Positions 11,300 through 25,356 of a stretch of DNA of 64,000 bases are shown one piece after another (position 1 is the first letter of the stretch; each line of letters opens with the position of its first letter). Position numbers and translations under genes: made by a program. The DNA is from Octopus vulgaris (Eukaryota). The stretch covers positions 31,434,001 to 31,498,000 of the forward strand of contig OX597836.1 in the NCBI GenBank assembly GCA_951406725.2. The letters run 5' to 3'. The notes beneath the pieces are model-generated. The model did no database searches, was not told the DNA's origin, and saw nothing but the letters and a program-made list of their open reading frames with translations.

Positions 11300-12461
11300 C
11301 TAACTTTCTCTTTATAAATGTCCTAAAAACTCCACACACACACGTATATATAATGTGTGTGTATGTTTGGTTATATATATGTATGTGGTTGTTTATGTCT
11401 AACTATCTTTGAGTTTGGAGGTTTTCAAACTATGTTGATATAAAGACAGTGTTTCTACTGGAATTGTTATTAAATTACCATTTAATGGTAATTATAAAGT
11501 TATAAGTTGGCTACATTAATGAATAACTAAAAATTCATGACACACAGCAACGATGTCAGTTATTTTGTATATATGAATAATATATCTGGCTGATGAAATC
11601 AATGAAAGCTAAGAGGTTTGTGGCAAAATCATATTGCATCATTATTTTTTAAAGTTACTTCTTGTGTCTCAAGTATTGTAGAAAGGCTTTGTCTGATGCA
11701 ATTTCTATCCTTTATGAAAAAAAAAAAACGTAGATTGGGGAAAAGGCTAATGCAAAATAGGAGATTAAAAATTATTATTACTATTATTATTATTATTATT
11801 ATTATTTTTTGCAAATGCCAGACTTGCTAAATAAGCCTAATAAATGATTAGATTAAGTATATAAGGTAGCTAATTTTTATTTCATATTTATTGTGTGTGT
11901 GTGTGTGTGCACTTATGCATGTATAATCACGCACTCACATATATACACACAAAAGCAGTACATGTTGTAAATACCTGTGAACTTTCAAAAGTAAGAAAAT
12001 CAATATTGATAGATCACTGACATCTGAAATGATTTTGTATCAGCTGTTCACTATGTCAAACATCCATAGAAATGTACATGTGCTCGCTTGCATCTTTCCT
12101 CAATACATACCTACACACACACACACACACACACAGACACACACACACACTGCAGGCATGGCCGTGTAGTAAGTACCTTTGGCCTTCACACGGGAACCCG
12201 AATGGCCTCCGCAGATAGCTGTGGAGGTCATAACGTTGCACGTGTTACAAAGGCTGGAGGGACTAAAAGAGGAATATCGCTCGTGGCTGGGTGATGCCGA
12301 CTCGAAGCCCACCTTGATTTTAAAGCAAGCATGGGCGATGGTGGAGTACATGGGCACAAGCGATGATGAAGTGGAAAATTGACAAGAAGTTGAAAAGCCT
12401 CAGTGTTATAATGTGGAAGAGGCTCAGCGCCTCATTTGTAAATGGACTAGTGTTGATTGTA

Positions 12462-12679
12462 TACTCTTTTACTCTTTTACTTGTTTCAGTCATTTGACTG
12501 TTGCCATGCTGGAGCACCACCTTTTAGTCAAGCAAATCGACCCCAGGACTTATTCTTTGTAAGCCTAGTACTTATTCTATCGGTTTCTTTTTCCGAACCG
12601 CTTAGTTACGGGGACATAAACGCACCAGCATCGGTTGTAAAGCAATGTTGGGGGGACAAACACAGACACACAAACATAT

Positions 12680-12726
<47 letters not shown>

Positions 12727-12892
12727 TACGATGGGCTCTTTCAGTTTCCATCTACCAAATCCATTCACAAGGCTTTGGTTGGCCTGAGGCTATAGTAGAA
12801 GACACTTGCCCAAGGTGCCGCGCAGTGGGACTGAACCCGGAACCATGTGGTTGGTAAACAAGCTACTTACCACACAGCCACTCCTGCGCCTA
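12462..12892 (-). mobile_element. Full-length SINE family A
   Basis: Near-identical to the copy at 8920-9335. Confidence 0.85.
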
Positions 12893-13921
12893 TTGTATGT
12901 TATTATTTGTAATAGACTATTAAGTCCAATAATTGTAAAAACTGTAGTGAGAGGTTCAATACCTTGTTTTGTTTTTTTCTGTTGGAAAAAAAGAAGAATA
13001 GTGTTTTAGAGAAGCAAAAAATCGGCGGGCGTTTTTTGTCTTCTCCTATCAGTATCATCCTTTTTTCTTCATTCAGCTCATCAATGTATGTGTCCAGCCC
13101 GCAAGCTACTCTTTGCAATGCCTTTATGACAAATCCTAATGAAATAAAGTAGCTTGCTTCCTAACCACATGGTTCCAGGTTCAGTCCCTCTGTGTGGGAT
13201 CTTGGGCAAGTGTCTTCTTCTATAACCTCAGGCTGACCAAAACCTCATGAGTGGATTTCGTAGGTAGAAATTAAAAGGAGCCTGTCGTGTGTGTTTGTGT
13301 GTGTGTGTACACCTTTGTGTTTGTCCCCCACCACTGCTTGACAACTGGTGTTAGTGTGTTTACATCCCGTAACCTAGTGGTTTGACAAAAGAGGCTGACT
13401 GAATAAGTACAAGGCTTAAAAAAAGTTAGTTTTGTGGTCAATTCATTTGACTAAAAGTTCTTATAATCAATGCCCCAGCATGGCCACAGTCTAATGACTA
13501 AAACAAGTAAAAATATGAAAGATAAAATAAAAGAGGTAGTACACCTCTTAGTTGCTGAATACACACACATATAGTCAAAAACATTCACCCATGACCGACA
13601 CATCTTTTTTTTTTAACTATTTAGGAGTCCCCTGCTATTTCGAGCAGCTTGAGCAATTATGTAAATGCTCCCTCATTAGCTCATGGTGATTGGTTGGTGG
13701 GTTGGAATTCAGTGTGAAAACTATATAGCTGTTTCTTTCTTTTTTTGTTTGTTTTTATCTGTGTCTTGTTTCAGCTTACTGCTCAGCTCAGTCGTATGTC
13801 AGATTCATGTGTACTTTAGTGTTATTATGTTCTCTAATAGTCTCATGCAGGTGTCTGCTGCAACACCGGCTTAACCATTACCATTATTCTCAGGTGTTAC
13901 ATCACATTACTACTCTCTCTC

Positions 13922-14370
13922 TTACTCTTTTACTCTTTTACTTGTTTCAGTCATTTGACTGCAGCCATGCTGGAGCATCGCCTTTAGTCGAGCAAATCGA
14001 CCCCAGGACTTATTCTTTGTAACTTAGAAATAGTACTTATGCTATTGGTCTCTTTTGCTGAACCGCTAAGTTACGAGGACATAAACATACCAGCATCGGT
14101 TGTCAAGCGATGTTGGGGGGACAAACACAGATACACAAACATACACACACACACACACACACACACACTCACTCACACATACACATATATATACATACAT
14201 ATATACGATGGGCTTCTTTCAGTTTCCGTCTACCAAATCCACTCACAAGGCTTTGGTTGGCCTGAGGCTATGGTAGAAGACACTTGCCCAAGGTGCCACA
14301 CGGTGGGACTGAACCCGGAACCATGTGGTTTGCAAGCAAGCTACTTACCACACAGCCACTCCTACACCTG
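13922..14370 (-). mobile_element. Full-length SINE family A
   Basis: Same head, body and tail as other family A copies; an older + strand copy lies at about 13148-13520. Confidence 0.85.
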
Positions 14371-14694
14371 CTGTATACAACATCAGTTTTTTTTTTCTTT
14401 ATTATTAGGTTTGTTTTGTTTCTGATGCTATTTCAGTGTGTCGTTTGTTGTGAAGAATATGTGCAATGTCGTCATCATCATCATCATCATCATCATCATT
14501 ACCATCATTACCATTTGCCATCTGCTTTCCATGTTGCCATGGGTTGGATGGTTTGAAAGGAGCTGGCAAGGCGGAGGACTGCACCAAGCTCTAATGTCTG
14601 CTTTGGCATGTCTTCTACAGCAGGTTGCCCTTCCTAATGCCAACCACTTTAAAAGGTGTATTGGGTGCTATTTACATGGCACCAGCACCAGCAA

Positions 14695-15070
14695 ATGGCC
14701 CAGTGGTTAGGGCAGCGGACTCGCGGTCGGTGGATCGCTGTTTCGATTCCCAGACCGGGCGTTGTGTGTGTTTATTGAGCAAAAACACCTAAAGCTCCAC
14801 GAGGCTCTGGCAGGGGGTGGTGGTGACCCCTGTTGTACTATTTCGCTCCAACTTTCTCTCACTCTTTCTTCCTGTTTCTTGTCCCTGACTTGGATGCACA
14901 TTCATCCATCCGTCGATGCTCTCGGTGTCGGGGGTTGACCTGCTTTCTCTTCTGTGGGTCTTACGAATAGCAAAGGACCACGTTTCGGACATCTCCCACT
15001 ACAGACAATCCTGATGCGTGATCTTGTGAGCTCTGGGATGAAGACCGCTTCGCTCAACAAACAAACAAAC
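14695..15070 (+). mobile_element. tRNA-derived SINE family C (also 41812-42080+, 44252-44580+, 57965-58253-)
   Basis: TGGCCCAGTGGTTAGGGCAGCGGACTCGCGGTC...GTTTCGATTCCC tRNA-like head; this copy ends in (AAAC)n. Confidence 0.8.
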
Positions 15071-16866
15071 CAGCACCAGCAAGGTCACCAGGCAACTTGC
15101 AAAACAAAGGCTCCATCTCACCTCAGCTGTGGTGAGGAGTAGTATAGAGGGAGGTGGCTTTGTGCTAGGTGATGATAGAAAGACAGAAATGGGTGTCTTG
15201 CTGTTGAGGAGATATCCTAATTGGAAAAGAGAAAAGAGAGGAGAAAATGCGCATATATGATCAGTGGCATTCCGGTCATAGTCTGGGCATCTTGTTTCGA
15301 TGCATTTCGGATAATAGTGACCGATCTTTTTAACCTGGGTGTCAAAACTTTAATTTCTCTAATAATTTTGTTATTGCATTAAAAACTTACTGGCAGAAGC
15401 GTTAGCACACTGGGTGAAATGCTTTGCGGTATTTCATTTGCCGTTATGTTGTGAGTTCAAATTCTGCCAAGGTTGATTTGCCTTTCATCCTTTCGGGGTC
15501 GATAAATTAAGCACCAGTTACGCACTGGGGTTGATGTAATTGACTTAGTACCTATGTCAGTCCTTGTTTGTCCCCTCTATGTTTAGCCCCTTGTGGGTAA
15601 TAAAGAAATAGGTAAATGTTTATAGATAGGTTTTTGGAGGTGTATGTGCCAGGCAACTAATTTGATCTGAGACCATGTGTTGAAGCTAAAATGATTGCAG
15701 TATGGAAGATGCGTGTTAGCCATTCAGAAACACATATTGACTGTTGACTTCACTTAAAACATTTATTATTTGATATCAGAATTGTAATTTCTTTAATAAT
15801 TTAGGTGAATGTTTATAGATAAGGTCTTCAGAGCTGTACTTGCCAAGCAAGTTAACCTAAAACCGTGTATTGAAACTAAAATGATAGTAGCATGAAAGAT
15901 ATATATTAGCCATTCACGAACGTAAAAACTGTTAACTTCACTTAAGCATTATTTTATGAAGGTGTGTGGCTTAGTGGTTAGAGGTATTTAGCTCACAGTC
16001 ATAAGGTCATGAGTTCAATTCCTGGCAGCACATTGTGTTCTTAAGCGATACACTTTGCTCCAGTCCACTCAGCTGCAAATATGAGTAGTACCTGTGTCAT
16101 ACTGAATTGCCAGTGTCACTTAACTGGGACCCTTGCCGGTGGCATGTAAAAAGCACCCTTTGAACATTGGGCCTCACAGAGGCAATGGTAAGTGACTGAG
16201 ACCTTTGGTTAAATGATGTGCTTGAGAAGACCGATCAAGTGAAATCATAATCATGGCTGATACTGGTGGCACATAAACAGCACCCATTACACTCATGGAG
16301 TGGCTGGCATTAGGAAGGGCATCCAGCCATAGGAACCTTGCCAAATCAGATTGGAACCTGTTGTAGCCCTTCACCTTACCAGTTTTAGTCAAACCACCTA
16401 ATCCATGTCAGCATGGAAACCAGACACTAAATGATGATGATGATGATAATGATAATGTGTCTGTGCAGTGCTCAGGAACCTTCACATTAATTTCACGAGC
16501 CAGCTGGTCCATTCATCAGATAAACTGGAATCCTCGTCGTCATAACCGACTGAGTGCCAGATTTGTTATATACTGTAAAATAATAGAGATTAGGTGAAAT
16601 GTATCCTTGTCATTAAACAGCTTGCAGTTCACACACTAAATATTTTGATGCCAGATAATCAACAGTAAATGTTTAAATGAAGTTAATAGTCTTTATGTGT
16701 CTTTGAATAGCTAACATGTCTTCCATGCCATAATCATTTTATAAATAAGTTTTTTATTACACGATATGGCAGGGAGAATTTTTTCTTTTTTCTTTTTCAA
16801 AGAACATCTTGAATCACCTAAAAACCTGCAGCATGTCACTTAGTGGTGCCATAGTTTTACCATTGT

Positions 16867-17200
16867 GAAGGCGCATGGCTCAGTGGTTAGAGCGTCGAGC
16901 TTACAATCGTAAGGTTGTGAGTTTGAATCCCGGACCGGGTTGCGTGTTGTGTTCTTGAGCAAGACACTTTACTTCACGTTGCTCCAGTTCACTCAGCTGT
17001 AGAAATGAGTTGCGACGTCACAGGTGCCAAGCTGTATCGGCCGTTGCCTTTCCCTTGGATAACTCTTGTGGCATGGAGAGAGGAGGCTGGTATGCATGGG
17101 CGACTGCTGGTCTTCCATAAACAACCTTGCCTGGACTTGTGCCTGGGAGGGTAACTTTCTAGGTGCAATCCCACGGTCAGTCATGACCGAATGGGGTCTC
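16867..17200 (+). mobile_element. tRNA-derived SINE family D (related copies near 15958, 37490-37748-, 40740-40960-, 57670, 61497)
   Basis: GGCGCATGGCTCAGTGGTTAGAGC...GTTTGAATCCC head, then GTGTTCTTGAGCAAGACACTT. Confidence 0.75.
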
Positions 17201-18353
17201 AGTCTCAATCAATCAGTTTTACCATTACTTATCTAGGACTATGTCATCTAATTTGTGTCTTTTTAGCTTTTTTAACAAAATAGTGGAGTGTAATTTAAAG
17301 GAGATTTGGCTGCTGTTTCTAACAATATGCACAACCACAACAATATGGATAACCAAGAGAACTTCTCTTATTTACCTTGGTTGTCTTCAGAATAGTTTCC
17401 TGCAGCCTACTTCAGGACTTCTGTACCATTTTAACTCCACACTGCAATCATCTAGCTGAATCATCAGAAGCTATTTATTGATTTATCCAGTGATAATTAC
17501 CATTAATGATTTATTGATTATAATCGATAGATTAATGATTCTTAAAATAAAAATATCGATTGATAGCTGATTGGCGTTGCTGGCTTCAGGGAGCTGTACT
17601 TAAGTAGGATTTGAACTCAGCACTGCAATATCTACAAAATACAACAACGAGCAGTGCCTAATCATGGTACCTATACACGATCATTTGATCTCCTAGAAAC
17701 AATAGCTATATGTTCTTTAATTCATGCCCTACTGTCTTAAAAACACACACACTCTCTCCCCCCCTCACGCACACACACACTCAATAATGTGATTTAAGAT
17801 ACTGTCTGAAAAGCATAACAGGATGGTCATAGCTGGAATATCTTTGATCATAAACTTGTTTCATTAAAACTGCCTGGGGCTAAAACACAACAATAATCTC
17901 TATGGATCTATTTATAAACGAGGGAACCTCTACTCAGCCTGCTAGAAATAACAGCTAATTCTCCCATGAATCACACTTTAACTCTTTCAAACAAAAGACA
18001 TGCTAGATAATGTAATTCCAGAAATCCCTAAAAAAAAAAAAACAGGTTGGTCATGGCTGGTAAGCCCTCTGATTATAGATTATTTTTTTCTGCCAAGGTT
18101 GACCTAAAGCTGAACAAACAACTTGTTTTGTGGATAGGTGAACCGGATCAACAAAAGTTAACATAGCACATCTATGGATGGACATTGTGTGGTGAACATT
18201 TTATTAACCTAATTACAATACTCTTACTCATCACTAATTAATCTCTTTAATAGAGTTAAGTAATTAACATTACTGCTGTTCGACCCAGATTTTCCTTCTC
18301 TGTTAACAAACTGAGATAGTTAAATCATATGTTTGCGTGTGTGTATACACACA

Positions 18354-18477
18354 TATTTTGGTCGAGTCAGTCTCTTGCTGTTTTGAGTTTCACCTGCAAG
18401 TGTACAGGATCTTCAAGCATATCCCATGCAGCCACAGGTGAAACTCAGAGTAGCAAGAGACTGACTCAGCCAAAATA
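18354..18477. repeat. Fold-back inverted repeat (43-bp arms), MITE-like
   Basis: TATTTTGGTCGAGTCAGTCTCTTGCTG...CACCTG pairs with CAGGTG...AGCAAGAGACTGACTCAGCCAAAATA. Confidence 0.8.
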
Positions 18478-18682
18478 CACTATATTATTAACGTCTACTT
18501 TGTTATTGAGTATTTTTTTCTTCTAACAGTTACTACTAAAAGATGTGTGTGTGTGTGTGTGTATATATCTATATATATATATATATATATTATTATTATC
18601 CATCCTCTGTGAATATTTGGTGGATTTTCAGCTAGAGTGGTACCATGAAAAAGCTTCTCACTTTTTAGTTTTCAAATGGTGG

Positions 18683-18725
18683 ATATCTGAAGAAGTGATT
18701 TGCACGTTAAACACCAGGGTTATAT
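18683..18725 (+). ncRNA. Degenerate type-I hammerhead motif
   Basis: ATAT-CTGAAGA-AGTG(ATTTG)CACGT-TAA-AC(ACCAGG)GT-T-ATAT. G12 is lost; the motif is embedded between (TA)n runs. Confidence 0.4.
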
Positions 18726-19927
18726 ATATCTTAATTACACTTGTTACTATATATATATCATCATCATCATTTAGCGTCCGTTTTCCATGCTAGCATGGGT
18801 TGGACGGTTCAACTGGGGTCTGTGAAGATGGAAGGCTTCATCAGGCCCAGTCAGATCTGGCAGTGTTTCTACGGCTGGATGCCCTTCCTAACGCCAACCA
18901 CTCCGTGAGTGTAGTGGGTGCTTTTTACATGCCACATATATATATATCATCATCATCATCATCATCGTTTAACGTCCGTTTTCCGTGCTAGCACGGGTTG
19001 GACGGTTTCAACCGGGGTCTGGGGAGCCAGGGGCTGCCCCAGGCTCCAGTCTGGTCTGGCAGTGTTTCTACAGCTGGATGCCCTTCCTAACGCCAACCAC
19101 TCCGCGAGTGTAGTGGGTGCTTTTTACGTGCCACCTGTACAGGTGCCAGAGGGGTCTGGCATCGGCCACGGTCGGTTGGTGCTTTTTATGTGCCACCGGC
19201 ACAGAAACCAGTCGGGGCGGTGCTGGCATCGATATATATATATATACATGCACACACATACACACATACAGCAGTTGAGAAAATACATTTATCAACACAT
19301 GAGCAAGTCATTCTTATGCTGTCCTATTCCACTTAAATTTTCTGATTGCTGTTTATGGTTATCTATTAGACCTTTCTTCCTCTCTGGTTTGATATCTTCT
19401 AACATTTCAATGATTTTCCCATTGTTTATTGTATTCAATGTTTTATATGATCAATAAAACATAAATACAGGTCTTGCTATTGTAACTTCTATTCTTCATT
19501 CAAGGATGTTTATCAGAATATACACACCTTTACCTGTTCTTTTTCTTTCAATAAATTCACCTCCTGATTGTTCCTTTATGTTTTGTTACTTGTTTGAGTC
19601 ACTGGACTGTGACCTCCCTGGGACACTGTGTTGAGTGGTTCACTTCAGTTGTGGTCCTCCTGTGACTTGTGAACCTTTCTGAATGGCATGCCTAACAAAA
19701 AATTACCTTGAATTTTTTTTTTTTTATTAGTGCTGCCTGCTTGATAATAAGCTATGTCTCATGTGGCCTGCTTCTAGAAAAAGTTACTCCTACCTGGTTC
19801 AGGTGAGCAAATCAATCCCATTATCTATTTTTTAAAGCCAGGTACTTATTCTATCTGTCTCTTTTGCTAAACTGCTAGATTACAGAGATGTAAACAAACC
19901 AACACAAAGACACATGTGTACACTCAC

Positions 19928-20006
<79 letters not shown>

Positions 20007-20077
20007 GTGTATATATATATGTATATATATATATATATGTGTATATATATATGTATATATATATATATGTGTATATA

Positions 20078-20118
<41 letters not shown>

Positions 20119-20382
20119 GTGTATATATGTATATGTGTATATATGTATATGTGTATATATATATATGTATATGTGTATATATATATATGTATATGTGTAT
20201 ATATATATATGTATATGTGTATATATGTATATGTGTATATATATATATGTATATGTGTGTATATATATATATATACACATATACATATATATATACATAT
20301 ACACATATATACATATATATATATACACATATACATATATACACATATACATATATACACATATACATATATATATATATAT

Positions 20383-20436
<54 letters not shown>
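19928..20436. repeat. Compound (TA)n/(TATG)n/(CATA)n microsatellite, about 500 bp
   Basis: Direct reading; it generates the six long YI-rich pseudo-ORFs in the track. Confidence 0.95.
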
Positions 20437-20439
<3 letters not shown>

Positions 20440-21011
20440 TGCAGGAGTGGCTGTGTGGTAAGTAGCTTGTTTACCAACCACATGGTTCCGGGTTCAGTCC
20501 CATTGCATGGCACCTTGGGCAAGTGTCTTCTACTATAGCCTCAGGCTGACCAAAGCCTTGTGAGTGGATTTGGTAGACGGAAACTGAAAGAAGCCCATTG
20601 TATATATGTATATATATATATATATATGCGTGTGTTTGTGTCTGTGTTTGTCCCCCTAGCATTGCTTGACAACCGATGTTGGTGTGTTTATGTCCCCGTT
20701 ACTTAGCGGTTCGGCAAAAGTGACCAATAGAATAAGTACTGGGCTTACAAAAGAATAAGTCCCGGGGTCGAGTTGCTCGATTAAAGGCGGTGCTCCAGCA
20801 TGGCCGCAGACAAATGACTGAAACGAGTAAAAGAGAGTAAAGAGTTTACGTCCCCGTAACTTAGCGGTTCGGCAAAAAGAGACTGATAGAATAAGTACTG
20901 GGCTTACAAAAGAATAAGTCCCGGGGTTCGAGTTGCTCGATTAAAGGTGGTACTCCAGCATGGCCGCAGTCAAATGACTGAAACAAGTAAAAGAGTAAAA
21001 GAGAGTAAAGA

Positions 21012-21012
<1 letters not shown>
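20436..21012 (+). mobile_element. SINE family A with tandemly duplicated 3' tail
   Basis: Tail segment GTCCCCGTAACTTAGCGG...AAAAGAG is present twice (about 20690-20845 and 20845-21012). Confidence 0.85.
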
Positions 21013-21061
<49 letters not shown>

Positions 21062-21833
21062 CACAAGTCAATTACATCAAGCCCAGTATTTGACTTGACT
21101 TCATTTTATCCACCCTGAATGAATGAAAGACATAATTGGCAGGATTTGATCTGAGAATGTAAAGAGCTAGAACAAATACTATAAGGCATTTTGTTTGATG
21201 CTAGAACGATTCTCATTTGGTGAGAGAGGTTAATCAGATAAACGGGCTGGCACTTTATTTTATCGATCCAGGCACAGAGCCAGCAGTTTTGAGGAGAAGA
21301 GGTTAGTACCATCATCATCATCATTATTATCGTCATCACCAGTACTTGACTATTACTTTATTTTTTATCGATTCTGGAAGAATTATTTTAAGTTGACTTT
21401 GGTGGGGTTTGAAATCAGAATGTTAAGGACTGTTGCTAAATACCATAGATACAAATAGGATGTTTCTACAACAGTTGACCTTAAATTCTACATCAAAAGT
21501 AGCAACAGACAATGAATATCATTAAGCTTCACATTTTGATATGATTAACTTAAAGTCTCTTCTGCTCGCTCCAGAGTTAACCTTTTTTCTCATTTGTCTT
21601 TCACGAAGCTGACATTCTGTTAATAACTACACAACTTCATGCAACTGTGTATATAAATGGATATATCTGTGCACATAGAAGCATTGGTGAGTGCTAAAGT
21701 AATTCCAGCGATGTTGAATCAAACATTTTTTTTATCACTGAAAAACAACATGCAGTTTGTCTGTGTGTATGTAATCTAGAGGATAAGAAGCTTTATTGCC
21801 TTTTAGAAATAGATTGCTGGATCAAATCCTGTC

Positions 21834-21873
<40 letters not shown>

Positions 21874-22029
21874 TATCATTAGCATTTGACATCAGTTGTC
21901 CATGCCGGCATGGGTTGGACATGTTTACTAGAGCTGGTGAGCTGAAGAGCTGCACCAGACTCCAATTTGGGAGGTATGTGATCATGAAAATGATCAGTCA
22001 TTCATTCCTGTGTTACTAAAACCATCTGT

Positions 22030-22340
22030 GATAGGGCAGGGTCTTACTGAAACATATATGGCCTTCCATTGCATACGCTGTCTATCCAGGGCTTAACAAT
22101 TATTTCCAGGACCTCAATGTAGGTGGCAGAGTTAACTCTAAGGCCTTGGGGAGACAAATAAGGAGGCATCGCATGTCGTCCATTGCTGACAACCCCTAAA
22201 ACTATGACAGTTGCAGGAAATTTTGTATGCATAACACTTGGAACTTCAGAAGGGTCTGCACATAACCATCTGTCATTTCTTCTGTTAACTTTTTGATCTT
22301 GGTCAAAGTTTTTCTCATTCGAGAAAAACCAAATCAGTTT
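22030..22340 (-). pseudogene. Tc1/mariner (maT-like) transposase catalytic-domain fragment
   Basis: WFFSNEKNF...NRRNDRW...TKFPATVIVLGVVS...RVNSATYIEVLEIIVKPW...PYMFQ*D; decayed WFSDEK and FQQD motifs. Confidence 0.8.
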
Positions 22341-22365
22341 GATGGCATGTACTGCTCTCTCACTC

Positions 22366-22399
<34 letters not shown>

Positions 22400-24834
22400 G
22401 TGATGATGATAATGATGGTGTAGTTAGTATAAGTCTAAATGATAGATATTTTGTAAAATCCTATTTCAGTAACTACGTTTGTAGAATGTTCTTTATTTGG
22501 TTTGTTCTTTAGCAGCATGCTACCCATTTGATTGAGTAGATCTATGATCAAAGGACTTCTAGCCATAACTGTTCCATCTTTTTCTGAGGCAGAGAAAGAT
22601 TGGCTGGTATAGTCTTAGGTGTACTCTGAGACAGAGTACACCGAAGACTATACCATCCAATTCATCTTGCTTTTCTAGGACAGTAGGGTTTGATTTAAGT
22701 GAGAGTTGGCTGTTATTTCAAGCACGTTGTGTAACCATATAGAACATGTCTCTCTTTATCTCACATTTTCTAGATGTGTTAACCCTTTTGATGCCAGCCT
22801 GTCTGGGACTGCCCCTGATTCTATGAATGAATTTCCTGTTTCGAAGTGTCTAAATAAAAACATCGCATCAAAATTTCCTGTTAATTATCTTCTAAATTCC
22901 AGTTTAATAATGGTTTTAAATTTTGACACAAGGCCAGCAGTTTTGCGGGAAAGGCTCTAGTCAATTATATCAACCCCAATGCCCAACTGGTACTTATTTT
23001 ATCCACCCTGAAAGGATGAAAAGTGAAATCAACCTTGGCAGAATTTGAACTCAGAATGTGAAGACAGGCTAAATGCTGCTAAGCATTTTACCTGGCATGC
23101 TAATAATTCTGCCAGCTTGCCACCTTTAATAATCCTTTCTACTATAGGCACAAGGCCTGAAATTTATGTGGGGTGGAGGACAAGTCGATTATATTGACCC
23201 CAGTGCTCCAACTGGTACTTATTTTATCAACACTGAATTTGAATTCAGAACGTGAAGGCTGACTAAATGCTGCTAAACATTTCGCCTGGCATGCTAACAA
23301 TTCTACCAGCCCGTTACCTTTAATAGTGACAGTTATTTCATCTGCTGTTACATTCTGAGTTCAAATTCCGCCGAGGTCGACTTTGCCTTTCATCCTTTCA
23401 GGGTCGATAAATTAAGTACCAGTTATGCACTGGGGTCGATATAATAGATTAAAACCCTTTGTCTGTCCTTGTTTGTCCCCTCTATGTCTAGCCCCTTATA
23501 GGCAATAAAGAAATAAGAATTGTTAGCATGTCAGACAAAACAGTATCATTTTTCCTCTGTGTGTGTGTGTGTGTGCATGCATGTGTGTGTATACCCTTGT
23601 CTTGACATCGCATGATGATTGTAACCAAATACCACCTTCATACAAGTGGTAGTGTTCATTTCCAGTTTTCCATAGGGAAATATTACTTTGCTTGGAAGCC
23701 AATGAGGGTTAGCAACAAAAGAGCATCCAGCTGTAGGAAATCTGCTTCAAAGAATCCTATTGGATCCGTGAAAACTTAGAAAACTAGATATTAAATGATT
23801 ATGATTATGGTGATAATTTAAATGCCTTACACAAAATATTTTGCATTTTCAGTAAATCAAAAGTTGTCTTTTTTTTTTAGTTGTGGGGATAAGAAAGATT
23901 TAAGAATTTTTTTTTTATCCAGTAATTTGTTGTTCTCAAATCAATCTAGAAGATCAATGGCAACAGCTGAAGTGAGATAATGGTTTATTCAATAACAAAG
24001 CAATTAAGTAATATAGATCTTACGTCAACTAAAATACTGATTTAAAAATGAAAATAAAAAATAACAAAACAAAACAAAATAAATAGATTGCCAGAGGTAA
24101 TTTACTCAGAGATGCCATCTGTATGAAAAACGTAATAGTTAAGCTAGTCTTAGCCTATTTAATATGGAGAGTATTAAATAGCTGGTTAGACATACTTATG
24201 CGGTGAAGAAAAGATAACATTAACTAATGCTTTCTTTTCTTCACCACATAAGTACATGGCTAATACCATAAGTATATTTCTAATGAAGGTGTTTAATACT
24301 TACTAGTTTAATTGCTTACATTAATGTAACTACTGATTTCAGGCTTGGGCTCAAAGCCAAACAATTCATAAGAGAAGATCTGAGGTAAATCAATCGTTTC
24401 AATCTTCTCTGATACACCATTGTGTTTTTATTTACAAAGGTTTCTTCCAACTCTTTACATTCTAAGTTCAAATCCTGCCAAGGACAACTTTCCCTTGTAT
24501 CCTTTCAGGGTCAATAAGATAAAATAAGAACCAGCTACACATAGGGGTCGATGTAATTGACATGAACCATTCCATCAAATTGCTGGCCTTTTGCCAAAAT
24601 CAGAAAGGATTTCGAAAGGTTAAATAGCAATGTTGGTCCCAGCAGATTTTGAACTCAAATTAACGATATTAAATCTCATAAGGTGGTTTTGTCTGGCACT
24701 CTACCAATTCTGTCATCCACCCTTTAAATCTTTTTGTTACAATATTTCTGCTGAAATACACTGCCTTTGTTTCAGTTAATTTTGAAAATAATGGCTCACA
24801 GGACAGCCTGCTGTGCTTACCTTGGATCGTAGGG

Positions 24835-25298
24835 TGACCTGCTGTGCTTGAGGAGACCTATTGAGTCAAGTACATCAACATCAAAATAAAAATCAAATGG
24901 AAATTGTGGTTGTGATACCTGTGCCAGTGGTACGTAAAAAGCACCAACTGATCATGACCATTGCCAGCCACCTCTGGCCCCTGTGCTGATGGCACGTAAA
25001 AAATACCATTTGAATGTGGCCAATGCTAGCACTGCCTTGACTGGTGTCTGTGCTGGTGGCACGTAAAAAGCACCAACCGATTGTGATTGTTGCTAGCCTC
25101 CTCTGGCCCTTGTGCTGGTGGCACGTAAAAAGCACCCAATACACTCACGGAGTGGTTGGCGTTAGGAAGGGCATCAAGCTGTAGAAATACTGCCAGATCA
25201 GACTGGAGCATGGTGCAGCCTCCTGGCTTCCCAGACCCAGGTCGAACCGTCCAACCCATGCTAGCATGGAAAGCGGACGTTAAACGATGATGATGATA
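24835..25298 (-). mobile_element. RTE-LINE 3' UTR fragment in + orientation of the tail ((TGA)n at 25286-25298)
   Basis: Same family as 922-2171. Confidence 0.6.
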
Positions 25299-25356
25299 AT
25301 GCTAACGGTTCTGCCAGTTTGCCACCTTACATACAAGTAAATATTAAAAACAAACA

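Noticed and set aside
11585-11616. CTGATGA-AATCAAT-GAAAGCTA minimal hammerhead-like string
   Set aside because: Core bases are present, but helix I cannot form next to the core and helix II is marginal; probably chance.
14960-15010. Minus-strand GAAAC-GTG-GTC hammerhead half
   Set aside because: No CUGANGA or helix I partner; it lies in a SINE tail.
19875-20538. Six overlapping 168-215 aa ORFs
   Set aside because: They are stop-free translations of a TA/TG/CA microsatellite.
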